Shown here one piece after another: positions 49,285-60,159 of a stretch of DNA of 64,000 bases. The stretch is from Puccinia triticina (taxonomy: Eukaryota), in contig CP110439.1 in NCBI GenBank assembly GCA_026914245.1, forward strand, positions 1,674,001 through 1,738,000. The letters are read 5' to 3'. The notes beneath the pieces were generated by a model. That model was not told where the DNA came from and ran no database searches. It worked only from the letters and a program-made list of their open reading frames with translations. Made by a program: the position numbers and the translations under genes. The stretch's first letter is position 1. The number at the start of each line of letters is the position of its first letter.

Positions 49285-49975
49285 TTATTTGAGATCAACG
49301 AGCCCGTCATAGGTGTAAGGATCGGAGAAGTAATCGGCCCGACTTCCTGCGGAAGTGAGTCTTGGTCGTTGAGGGTCGGAATGGCCAGATGACGTTGGCG
49401 GGGCGTCGAAAGACATCCTGCGCGAAAGTGGATTCGAGGAGTGGGTCTCGTTGATCGACGCTGGCGATTTCGTTGCCCGCTTTGGTTGCTCGTTCAGTGA
49501 AGCTATCCGAGCTGCGTTGATAACTTCTGCCAGACTTCGACCATCTTCTCAAGCGCAACGAGTTGTTCACAAAATTATTGATCAATCATTAAGAGAGAGA
49601 GAAAAAAAATAAGTCAACGGTACCGCTTATCTTAATCTTAATCAGGTTGAGGGCTCTGGCGCTTTCTTCAAGAAATCGCCTGCCATGATCAAAAGAATAA
49701 GACTTACCTAAAGTCGAAGCCCTTATCATCGATGGACGCCTCAGCTGCTTCGGCTGAGGGTGAGGTCGATTGAAACTTGCGTGTCGGACGTTAGTGTCAA
49801 TCGTTGGCCTGATCGGCTTGGGTCTGACGAGTGGAGGAGATGCGTAGATGATAGGCACGGGATGGGAGGCGAGCTGTTGCGATGAGCAGTACTGCAGTCA
49901 AATAACCATTACTTCAATGCTGGGCAGCCCGAGAAGTGTGATAGAGGTAAGAGAGTTATAAGTAAGACAGACCAT
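49285..49975 (-). CDS. Hypothetical Ser/Pro/Arg-rich protein, spliced
   Basis: ATG followed by a GT intron; exons YCSSQQ...RASTL and ...SRRMSFDAPP...DGLVDLK*; no recognisable domain. Confidence 0.4.
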
Positions 49976-52549
49976 GATTGATTTAGAAGGTTTCTTTTTC
50001 TGGTCCTAGGATTCTGAGCTTGACTAGGAGAGAATTTCTGTTGGCCAGAATTCAACCAATGGGGCGAGGTTGGTCGAGGGCGTGCGTTGTTAGGGTGACT
50101 GAAGCCTTTGGAATACTAGGATGATTCTTCTGCGGTGCTGATGTGAGGCATATGGATGGCAAGACAGGAGAACAGAAGGAGAGATCCGAGACCAAACGAT
50201 CGTAAGTGTGGGGGAATGTTAGCTAAATAAATAATATTTGTTTTTCAGAACATTGATCGGCCAAAAAAGAAGAGAAAAAAAATTAATCCCCAACGAATAG
50301 CTTCAATCGACTGCTTGCTAGATGCAAAAATGCCTGAAAGGCTGAATTGGGAAGTGGGGGAGATGGCAGAATCCGATCCCGAGGACGGTGACAAGGAAGC
50401 TATTTATGAAATCAGTTTGAGAATTTACGTAGACATCCGGCAAAGAGTGTGGCAAGTATGGGCGTAGATACATTTTATGTAGCTGATCGGACGATCCGAT
50501 ATAAATAGTGACCAGTCCCTTCGCGCCCCCAAACTGTGAGTAGCCTTCATGCTGGGGGATGATGTAAACAAATAAAATAAATGCATAACAGCGGAGGTGC
50601 AAGGACAGCCCTAATAACAGATTGAAGTTTTGGCTTGACATTTCTTATCAGGCCGAATTAAACTTGACCCTGGTTCCGAGCGTCAGAGGTAAAGAGGGGC
50701 TGAGCTATGTAAATGATTATTATGCTTGGTAATTTATGTAACTTAACTACATAATTGTATCACCTCCATCGATAGGGATAACGGAGGGTTTTCAAGTCTT
50801 GTATATGTCCAAGTGGAAAGGTGGGGCGCTTGATTGTACTTGGCAATGAGCAGCAGACGATTGTAGAAGGGCGGGAAGAAATCAAAACTTGGGACCAGTC
50901 AGAGGGCAGGTTTACAGAAGTTATCGAGTCCGACCGGAGAGTGACAGCGACGAGCAGTTTGCCGGACGACTTGTCTCATCAAAGAAATCGGATAACAGCT
51001 TGCACGTAGTCGGCTGAGACTTACAAAATCGATCCCAAACAGATCAGGTCACGAACATCTGTTGCTAATCCTATGGAGCCCCAAGTGAGTTGAGAACTTG
51101 AGGCTGATGGTCATAGACAAGTTCGGCTCAGAGTTGACGAGGCGATACGCCAGTCTGTCCTGCGTAGTTGTTTGGAGAATGATCGCCAAGAATTATACGA
51201 GCAGGGGTTGCCTGGACTTAAGTCTGAAGGAGTTTGTTGAGCCTTCATGAGCAGTCTCAGCCTGATATCCGATCTCTTGGATATGTCACGAAACCAGCAC
51301 ATGCCGACATAAATATTTAGGCTGGGTGATCTCCTTTCGACGAGCTGGGCAATGAGACTGACATCCTAGAGGAGGCTCATGAGAGGATAAACCCTCAGAG
51401 GACAGCATTCCTAAAAATTGAATGGAGTCGATGGCCGACCAGCAGCAGCAAGTGAATCGATTGGCCTTGATGGCCGGCAAGTTTGGATATGTCAAGCTCA
51501 CATGCGAAGCTCACAAGAGAAAGCAAGAGAACAAAGGAAGCTCGATAAGGTTGAGGAGATTCATCACAATCTCGAAACTCGTTTCCGGGAGGAGCCGCAT
51601 GTTGATCCAGGCGGGGTCCATTGATTTGGATCCTCAACAAGATGTTAATATTGGGTGTATTGAGCCCCGTTCTTTGTCCACAGCGGACACCAAGTCTGCG
51701 CAAGGAGGGCGCTGGGGCTTTGGCATTGACATCCAAGCGAAGCACGTTGTAATACTGTGTATTTTCACTGCAACACCAGTTAACCGGCTGCGCATACATC
51801 CACCCGCATGCTGAATGTGTGGCGTATGAAGAAGAGACCAGGGGAAGGAAAGAGGGCGGATGGATGATCGAGTTGAGGTCAAGAGATGAAAGGAAAGTTG
51901 CAGAAGACGGGGCGGTACGGGCGGGACCAACCAGTCAAAGACCGTGATGACCGAAACTCAATCGTAAAGTATCCGACGGAACGGCCTTAATCAGGGGAGG
52001 GACCGATCGGAAGAGGATGCTCAGCTGGGGGATTGGGGATTGATTGTTGTATGCGTCGGTTGGTGATGGAAGTGTGAGGGAGGTGAGAAGTATCTTCAGG
52101 GTTTTGAACGTGCGGATTGAAGATCGACTGTCGCCTTTGCTGGAGACTGAAATTCCACCAGGCGAAGCGGGAGCTGCGGGGGGACCCGTGTAACTTCTTT
52201 AAATCCCACCGGAATTTCGATTTACAACCTCTCCCACGAGCACGGAGGGACATGTGCTCTCTTCATGTGCTAAGCTCGGTCGATCAGAGTCGACCACCAA
52301 CTGATTTCGATGTACCGATCTCCTCCGCCAAGTCCATCAAAACCTCGGGGCAGTGCACAACTTGTACAGCACAGGCAGCTACATAAGTTAATCAAGTCCC
52401 CCATAGTGCGTGTCTGTGTGGGGAACAGAGCAAGCTTGACATCTCCAACCGGGGATATAAACCCTCTCGGGCGGGCAGAAAGGAGAAATGTTTGCTGGTG
52501 CTTTGATGTGTGAAAGGTATTGCTGAGGTGGAAGCTCATGAAAACCAGT

Positions 52550-53300
52550 TATTACCTTATTTAAACCAAATTTAAAGCTGATGTAGTGTGCACAGCCATG
52601 TATCCAGTGAGAGCAGAGGGGGTTGATATATCAGTTGTCAGTGATGCGTTTAGCCTCCTCTGCAATATTGGAGATAAGAGCCATTTTCTGCATATTCAAA
52701 ATTTTGACAGATTTTTTTTGTACTGTCTTGCATCCAGGCATCTGGAATTGAGGCTGAGATTCCTTCCTCAATTCAATGAATCCTTTTTGGTCAGCCATAG
52801 CAAACAGGGATTTGTGTTGAATGATCATTTCAGCAAGCTGTTATTGTGAGATTTGTTGAAATTCTCTCTTACTTTCACCTCAAATCCTTGTGTCTTGAAT
52901 ATTCTCCATGTTGATTGAATGATTCCTTAAGCATTACTAATAAGTACAGCAGCTCACGCTTGTAATCCATGAAACTATGAACCCTGAGTAGTAGTTTTGC
53001 GTCCAAGGTGTAGTCATTTGAATCTTTGTCTGTAGTCTCAAAGAATGTGTTTTATTCAATTTTGTCTTATCTCTCAAAACCAAAACTTTGCCACATGTAT
53101 AGTCTGTATTTACCATAGCATAGTCATGGGAATCAAAGCATTGGTTCTCTTCCATCTTTTTCTGCACCCCAGCTGAGCCGCATATGGCAAGAGATTCATC
53201 CTCACTGCCCTTTTTTTTCTTGAGCCACTGAGCTCATCTATCCTTGATATTTCTGGGGGAATAGATCTCTCTGCTGTGTTCAAATTTTGACAAATATGGC
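52550..53300 (-). pseudogene. hAT transposase N-terminal relic
   Basis: LAEMIIQHKSLFAMADQKGFIELRKESQPQFQMPGCKTVQK resembles the hAT LA-MII-H-LPF...F--LQP-F--P-R-T motif; many stops. Confidence 0.55.
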
Positions 53301-53342
53301 CAGCCAGATTAGAAAAGGAAGAGTTTTAGTGTCATTGTACCT

Positions 53343-54055
53343 CAGAGAATGTCTACTAGTACCCATTGAGAGGTACCAGGAACTGCTTGCACCCACATGG
53401 CAGTACTAGGTACCCAATTTCTGCAGGAAGAGTGGTGCAGTACCTTCCCAAGTACCGCTTGTCCCCGCCAGAGGAAGTGGGTAACTCCCAGCCACCCTTG
53501 GCCCACTTTGAACTGCTGGGCTGCCCTCAATGACTGACAAAAGGTCATTGAGGAAAGTCCTGGTGCCATCATCAAGGGGAGCAACAACTCCTCTTGATTA
53601 CCAGTGTCTTCCCGCCAATCTGGAAACCCAGACTTTCCCAGACTTCACAGGGAAATCCAGGCAGATCTAGGATTTGAGATGAGATTGAGCCCAGATTTCC
53701 CCGCAAAATATGGAAAAAGCTGAGTTCCCAGACTGACAGGAAGTCCAACAATGACCGTGACCAACATTTTGATGACCAGAACATGTTGGTTATTGCTGTT
53801 CTGGTCATCCAGAGGTCCTCCCCTCAATGATCAACCTGTTCTGTTCATCAAGGGGAGCAACTCTTGATGACTTATCTATTCCAGTCATCAAGGCCACCTT
53901 TTGATGACCTGTTTGGTGAAAAAAGCCAGTGGTACCCATGGTACCCGTCTTAAGTACTGTGGTGCCGGGTGTGGTACTAGGTACCTACTTTGGCCCAAAA
54001 AACAGGGGGGTACCTGGGTCCCAAATGGTACCCAGGTCTACTTTGACATTCTCTA
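53343..54055. mobile_element. Non-autonomous hAT element (713 bp)
   Basis: TIRs CAGAGAATGTC/GACATTCTCTA; 8-bp TSD TTGTACCT/TCATACCT; GGTACC subterminal repeats. Confidence 0.8.
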
Positions 54056-54709
54056 TCATACCTCCTTCCTCTGTTATTCATTGGTCCAAATGTTGCAAGA
54101 AGTATTTTGTTCCAGAAGCTGAGGCGCCCAATAACTACTAAGCAAACCCCCACCTCTTGTGGGGTTTCACAAGACATTTTATCTTGACCCAATTATTCCC
54201 TAGTCCAGTTGAGAACCTTGATCCCTTCTCTTAACTGGCTAGCATTGACCTAGTTGTAGGAGAACCTTGATCCCTCCTCTCTACTGGCTAGCTCCCTGCA
54301 ATTCAGTACACATAGCAACTAGAAGCACTCCTAGGCTTTTCAGCCTCTCAAGGTTGTGCCGTGGGTCTGTTGCAGGGTTGGGGCTGGGCTGACATTGCAA
54401 ATTTGCCCCAACAGCCAACCCAAACCCGGCCTGAACCCGGCTGGGTTTGGGCAGCCCATTAATGGTGGGCCTGCCCAATTGTCCTCCCTAGCACTGTGCC
54501 AATGTGACAAGAATGGAGGACCCAGAACTATCCGCGGATATCATCCAGATATCGGCTAGTATCCGCATCTTGGGAGCATATCCGGTGGAAACCGAGGACC
54601 TCCACCAGATATCCCAGATTGTCTACCGGATATCCCGACTTAAGGCTTGAAGTGCAAACTGCATACATACATACATTCAGAACCACAAGTGAGCCGGCCC
54701 GCGAGTCCC

Positions 54710-54715
54710 TATAAA
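54710..54715 (+). promoter_or_regulatory. TATA box upstream of the candidate snoRNA
   Basis: TATAAA in a GC-rich context ~50 bp upstream of the first hairpin. Confidence 0.5.
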
Positions 54716-54763
54716 GCCCCGCCCGATCGCCCTCGGGAGGACTCATCTCTTTTCTCTAGCGGC

Positions 54764-54963
54764 GTCATCTTCACTTCTCCGTGTTACTCTGGCGCGTAGA
54801 CCGAGCGACAAACTCGGCTCCATCACGATCAGCCAGAGCGTCAGAAGATGTCCAGATCAACTCTTCCTCGTCGAGCGTCTTAGAACCCATGTGGCCTCGA
54901 CCCTTCGACTCTGATCTCTTCTTTGTCTGTGGGCCTTGGTCGGGTCGGTGGTCTCGTACATCC
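54764..54963 (+). ncRNA. Box H/ACA snoRNA, snR35/SNORA13-like guide for 18S rRNA pseudouridylation
   Basis: Hairpin (CATCTTC/GAAGATG; CTCTGGC/GCCAGAG), H box AGATCA 54854-54859, second hairpin, ACA 54958-54960; pocket TTCTCCGTGTT + GTCAGA is complementary to 18S UUUGAC-UC-AACACGGGGAA. Confidence 0.8.
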
Positions 54964-55675
54964 CATTCCATCCACACTCCACCCAAACTAGCATTAGGGA
55001 GCTGAAATTGAAACTTAGTTGTAAATAGGACAATGTTTTCCAATTGTGGAATTATTGCATGGGTGTCTTTTCATCCGCTTGTATTTATTATTTTCTTGTA
55101 CCTCTTTGAATCGCTCGCCGAGATTCGGTCCAAGACCAAAACATTGCGAGTAAAGCAAACAGACAATAAACCGTATGAGAGTGAGAAGACACGAGGTACT
55201 ACATATTCATCGAGAAGCAAGAGCAGACACATGGGACAAAATTCAGCGAGGAGCGAGAAGACAGCAGGTATACCTGTAGCCCAGCAGCCCGGCAGGTACC
55301 CTGTTCCCATTCCAAATTCCTGTGGGCAAGGCTTCACGGAGGAGGCTTGATTTTGGAACCCAAGTGAGGGTTATGGCACCGGGCCAGCTCAAAGTGGCCG
55401 GGCCAAGCATCAGCAGAGGATTACTCATGAAGTTTGGAGTCACGGGCTCAATTCCTGCACATCTGTGTTAGCTCCTGACACCTTCCACAATGGACTAGCC
55501 CTGTGCCAACTGCGTGCTCATTAGGTTTCTTGGAGTTATGAACTTTTCTTGGGCAAGACACGACAGTGCTGATTTGGAAGCGATTGGGGATATGTATATT
55601 TGACTGTCAGACCAAAGCACCGGAAAGAAGCACCTAAGTACACACGGATCCCCATGAGCGGCAGAGTAGGTCCCC

Positions 55676-57236
55676 TCACGAAGCGCTTGGAGTTAGGCCG
55701 CTGGCCGGAGCATAAAGCGTCGCGAATCCATCGGCGACGGATTCCTTCAACTGGGTGGCCCCACGCCGAAAGGAAGAATCGTCAGGAGGGCTGTTGCTAG
55801 GCGCGGTAGGGATGGATGGGGATGGGAGGGTGAGAGACAGATCCAGACCTTGGAGCTGATCGGATCCTGGTCGGCGAAGTATGCCAAGAAGAGTTCCCGC
55901 GCGACGATCCGATCGTCCAATTCGCCCAACTTCTTGCCCTACACACACACACACACACACACAAGCAGTGGACGAACCATCACTGAGTCGAGGGGGGACA
56001 CAAGACAGGGAGCGGGGGGAGGGAGCTTACGTCGTACTCGACCACCAGGGTCTGGCTGGCCGTCCGGATCATCGTCAGGGCTTTCCCCTTGGGCACCGAT
56101 ACTCCGGTGGGGAAGAAGCTCCGGAAAGTGGCGATCGATTGGGACGCCCTCTTCCTCAAAGAGCGAACGCATCAGGGACAGCCACACACACACACACACA
56201 CGTAGCATTTGTTTGAGAGAGAGGAAAGGGCTCACTTCCAGGTCGAATTCGGATAGCGTGCCGGCCTGCGAGGCGCGCTTGATCCGGGCGGTTAGCGAGC
56301 GACAGAACCCGTCTCGCAGATCTGTCGAGATGTCACGATCGGGGTATTCTGGTGAGCTTTTAGACCGACAGGAAAAAAAAAAAAGAGAGAGTGGTGTGTG
56401 GACATACGCGTGAAGTCGGTGGGCCGGACGGGGGCTGCATGATCAACACATGAGTATTTGTGTTGAGCTGGATGAGGTTGCAGGTGTTAAGGACTGACCG
56501 ATTCGGATGGCGAAATGGGCGGGGGCCGCCAGCAAGTTCCGGATCAACGCCTCGCCTCTGATATCTTGTTGCTGGTCTTTATGAGGAGGATCGAGAGGAG
56601 GGGAGAGCAGTTTCTCGGTGGTGAAGTCATCCTAGACACCGAAGCACGATATCATTAAATTTAGGGGGAAGGAGAGGGGAGCCGAGGATCCATACCACTA
56701 ACACTCCAGCCGGGGACGACTCTGAGGGCGCGGAGCACGCGCGGGTCGGCATAGAAGCCGGCCACGTAGACCTTGATGGCCAGGAAGGAGACCGTCCGGA
56801 CGCCGAGCCCGACGAGACGCAGGGGCTCTTGGAGGGCGATGTGGTGTGGGCTCAGCTCGGCGGGGAGCTGTGTCTGGGTAGCGGGGTCTGGGGGGTGGAA
56901 TGATGTCAGCGGGCGATATGAGTGGGTTTATGTGTAGATGTACACACCGACGAGATGCTCCTGTGCGGGCTGCTTGAGGACGATGCTCGGCGGGAGGGGC
57001 TCGTCGATCCTGAGCGGGGCGGGGGCCGAGGACGGGGGCTGGCTGTCGATCTGGTGCTGGAGGTAGAACCAGAGGCCGATGGTCAGGCCGAGGCCGACGG
57101 GCACGGTCCACTTGAGGTTGATGTCGGCGACCGCCTGCTTGAAGCCGTACGCGCCGCCGGCGTGGAGGCGGCGACTGATCGGCGGCGGTCTGCGGCAGTG
57201 CCTGAGCGGGTGGAGGGCGTGTGTGGGTCGGAGCAT
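55676..57236 (-). CDS. Mitochondrial chalcone-isomerase-fold protein (AIM18/AIM46-like), about 7 exons
   Basis: Basic presequence-like N-terminus plus TM segment; LRLVGLGVRTVSFLAIKVYVAGFY; PVRPTDF..LRDGF; ARELFLAYFADQDPIS.LKESVADGF. Confidence 0.82.
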
Positions 57237-57380
57237 TTTGCGGCGGGGATGGGGATTAGTCAGACGGCGGTTGGATATAATGGAGGGCTGGCTTATATAA
57301 TCTCATGGGCTTTCGAATGTATGAAGTAAGCCACCCCTGATCTCGCCAGGATCCCTCGACTCGCTTTCACTCAGCACAGG

Positions 57381-58288
57381 ATGATCGCAGGAGGGCCGGC
57401 CGGGCGGACGACGCCGGGGGCCGAGCAGGGCGACGACAGCGACCAGGCATGGGACGAGCACAGCGACACCGCCGACCAGCCAGCCACACACCACCTCACC
57501 CTCCACACCACCACCCCACCCCCACCAGCAACCCCACCCACGCAGCAGCAGCAGCCCACGAGCACGCCCCCGGACAGCAGCACCATCTTCACCCTCATCC
57601 ACGGTAAGCTGGTCCACATACAGAAGAGCAGAGCGCACGCTGACCGCACACACCACCAGACCCCGCAGCCATCCTCACCCGGCTCCAGGCCGAGCAGGAC
57701 CAACAACAGCAGCCGAGCCCGCCATCGCCCAAACGAGCCCGGTCATCGCTGCCATGGGAGGCCGTCATCCCGCCGGAGCTCATCAAAACCAGCCGCTCGC
57801 CGGACCACCCCGCCGCGCCCTCGCGCAGCCCGAGCCCGGAGTGCGAGCCCAGCCCGAGCAGCCCCGGCGCGCCCCGCGGACCACCACCACCACCAGCAGC
57901 GCCGTACACCCGGCTGCCCGAGACGCCCAGCCAGCCCGGCCCGCCCTCGGAGGCCCGTCGCCGGGAACAGAAATTCCTCGCCTGTCTCGCCGCACCCACC
58001 GTCGACGTCGCCGGCCTGCGCAAGCTCGCCTGGGCCGGCATCCCGCCCCGGCTCCGAGCACTCGTCTGGATGATCCTGCTCGGCTATCTGCCCCCGCCCC
58101 GCTCCAGAAGACTCGAGACCCTCGCCCGCAAGCGCCGCGAATACCTCGACGCCCTCCGCCTCGCTTTCGCCGCCGGCACCCACAACCTCGACCAGACTAT
58201 CTGGCACCAGATCCAGATCGACGTCGCCCGCACCCATCCCGGCGTGCCCCTCTGGCAGTTCCATGCCACCCAAAGGGTCCGTTCTCTC

Positions 58289-58333
<45 letters not shown>

Positions 58334-59535
58334 CTCCCTCCCTCCCTCTTCATGTGATTCAGATCGTCGCCTTTCTCTCCCTTCAACACCCATCTTCCCA
58401 CTCACTCCAGCTAATCTCTGAAACAAATAACACACACTGCAGACCAGAGAAGAAAATTGACATTATGACCATGTGTGACTGTGTTGTATCGATATGGACG
58501 TACCTATAGAGTTTGGAGCGGATCTTGTACGTGTGGGCGATCCGCCACCCGGCGAGCGGATACGTCCAGGGGATCAACGACCTCGTCACGCCCTTCTTCC
58601 AGGTCTTTCTGACCGCCTACATCGACGAGGGCGACGAGGCCGAGGCCTTCGACGTCGGCCGGCTGCCCCCCGAGGCCCTCGAGGCCATCGAGGCCGACTC
58701 CTTCTGGTCCCTCTCCAAACTCCTCGAGGGCATCCAGGATAACTATATCTTCGCCCAGCCCGGCATCCAGCGCCAGGTGGCCCGGATGAAGGAACTCTGC
58801 GAACGCGTCGACGGTCCGTCCCTCCTTTCCACTAACCGCTCATCTGTCTCTTTTCCTCAATCAACTCATCTGCCCCCATCTTTAAGCTCGCTTGCATAAA
58901 CATCTCGAGGACGAAAAAGTGGAGTTCATCCAGTTCGCATTCCGGTGGATCAACTGTTTATTGATGCGGGAGCTAAGCACCAACAAGATCATCCGGATGT
59001 GGGACACCTATCTGGTCCGTTTCTCACAATCATCAAAAAACCCAAATCCCATCTGGCCTAGATTCTCATGGTTGAAGAGTCCGCCGTTTGGGTTTTTTGT
59101 AGGCTGAAGGCACGGCAGCGTTTTCCGAATTTCATCTCTATGTTTGTTTGGCTTTCTTGGTCAGATATAGTGATCAGCTACGCGCCATGGACTTTCAAGT
59201 TTAGTTTCCTTTCCTCTCTCTCTCTCTCTCTTACAACACCATTTGTCTTTGGGGAAGATCGACCTCTTGAACTGACTCGAAGCCTGCCTGTTTCATCTCC
59301 CCGTCCATGCATCACCACCCACCCCGACTCCTTCTTTTCTATTATTATTCTATTACAAAAAAAAAATGACCAAATCAATCGACTGTGGTGAACAAACAAA
59401 CAGTCAATAATAATTTTTTTGCAAGCGTTACCGACCGATCAACTGACTGAAAAAGACCTCGAGTTCATCCTAAGCCAGGCGTTTATGTGGCACTCCTTAT
59501 TCCAAGGCGCCACTGGCCACTTCGTTCGCAAATAA
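57381..59535 (+). CDS. GYP1: TBC-domain Rab GTPase-activating protein (Gyp1/TBC1D22)
   Basis: LRKLAWAGIP; QIQIDVART; WAIRHPASGYVQGINDLVTPF; EADSFW; QDNYIFAQPGIQ; FIQFAFRWINCLLMRE; RMWDTYL. Confidence 0.93.
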
Positions 59536-60159
59536 ATCCCATCTCCCCCCCCCCCTCTCTCTCTTCCCCTGACACACAGACACATATATATATCATGTCG
59601 TTTTCTCATTCTTTAGATAAAACTGGTTCCATACTGTAGATCTTTCTTTGTTCCCTTTTCGTCGAGGTCTTGGCCATTGTGACATATATACATACTGTTG
59701 ATGTCCTCCCGCGCTTTGATTGCCACCTCTGCGCTTTTTTTTGCAGCTATTTCCCTGTGTGTGGTCATGTGAGAGGCTATGAGGCAGAGGGAGTGGAGCC
59801 TTCTTTGGCTAAGGCTTTTTGACATTGGATGGTCAGCCCTAAATCCAGGGCACCCCCTCAGCCAATGTTACATTACTCCAAGCCAACTGCGCTGTCAAGG
59901 GGCCATTGTAATTCAAGATTGCCCAAGTGCTGCTGGAGTTTCAACACATGCATGTCACCCGCCATCTACTGACCCGAATTGTCTTTTATGGTGATTCAGT
60001 GTTGATATCATCACTTCAGGAAAGCGGGCCGATGAGTGCTATCGTAGAGAAGATGGTTTGGATAGAAGCATAAGCATCATCTTGACATTTTACACAATCA
60101 GCAACAGACAATTATTTCCGGGAAGTTTGGGAAATGGGAAGGGGGTAGGAGGGAGGGGG

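Noticed and set aside
54860..54895. Resemblance to snR30/U17 m1 and m2 motifs (TCTTCCT, AACCCAT)
   Set aside because: Imperfect matches and wrong distance to the ACA box
54771..55043. Short minus- and plus-strand ORFs over the snoRNA
   Set aside because: No homology cues; RNA structure and rRNA complementarity explain the region better
57595..58509. Antisense and alternative-frame ORFs over GYP1
   Set aside because: GC-rich shadow ORFs that include the poly-C intron
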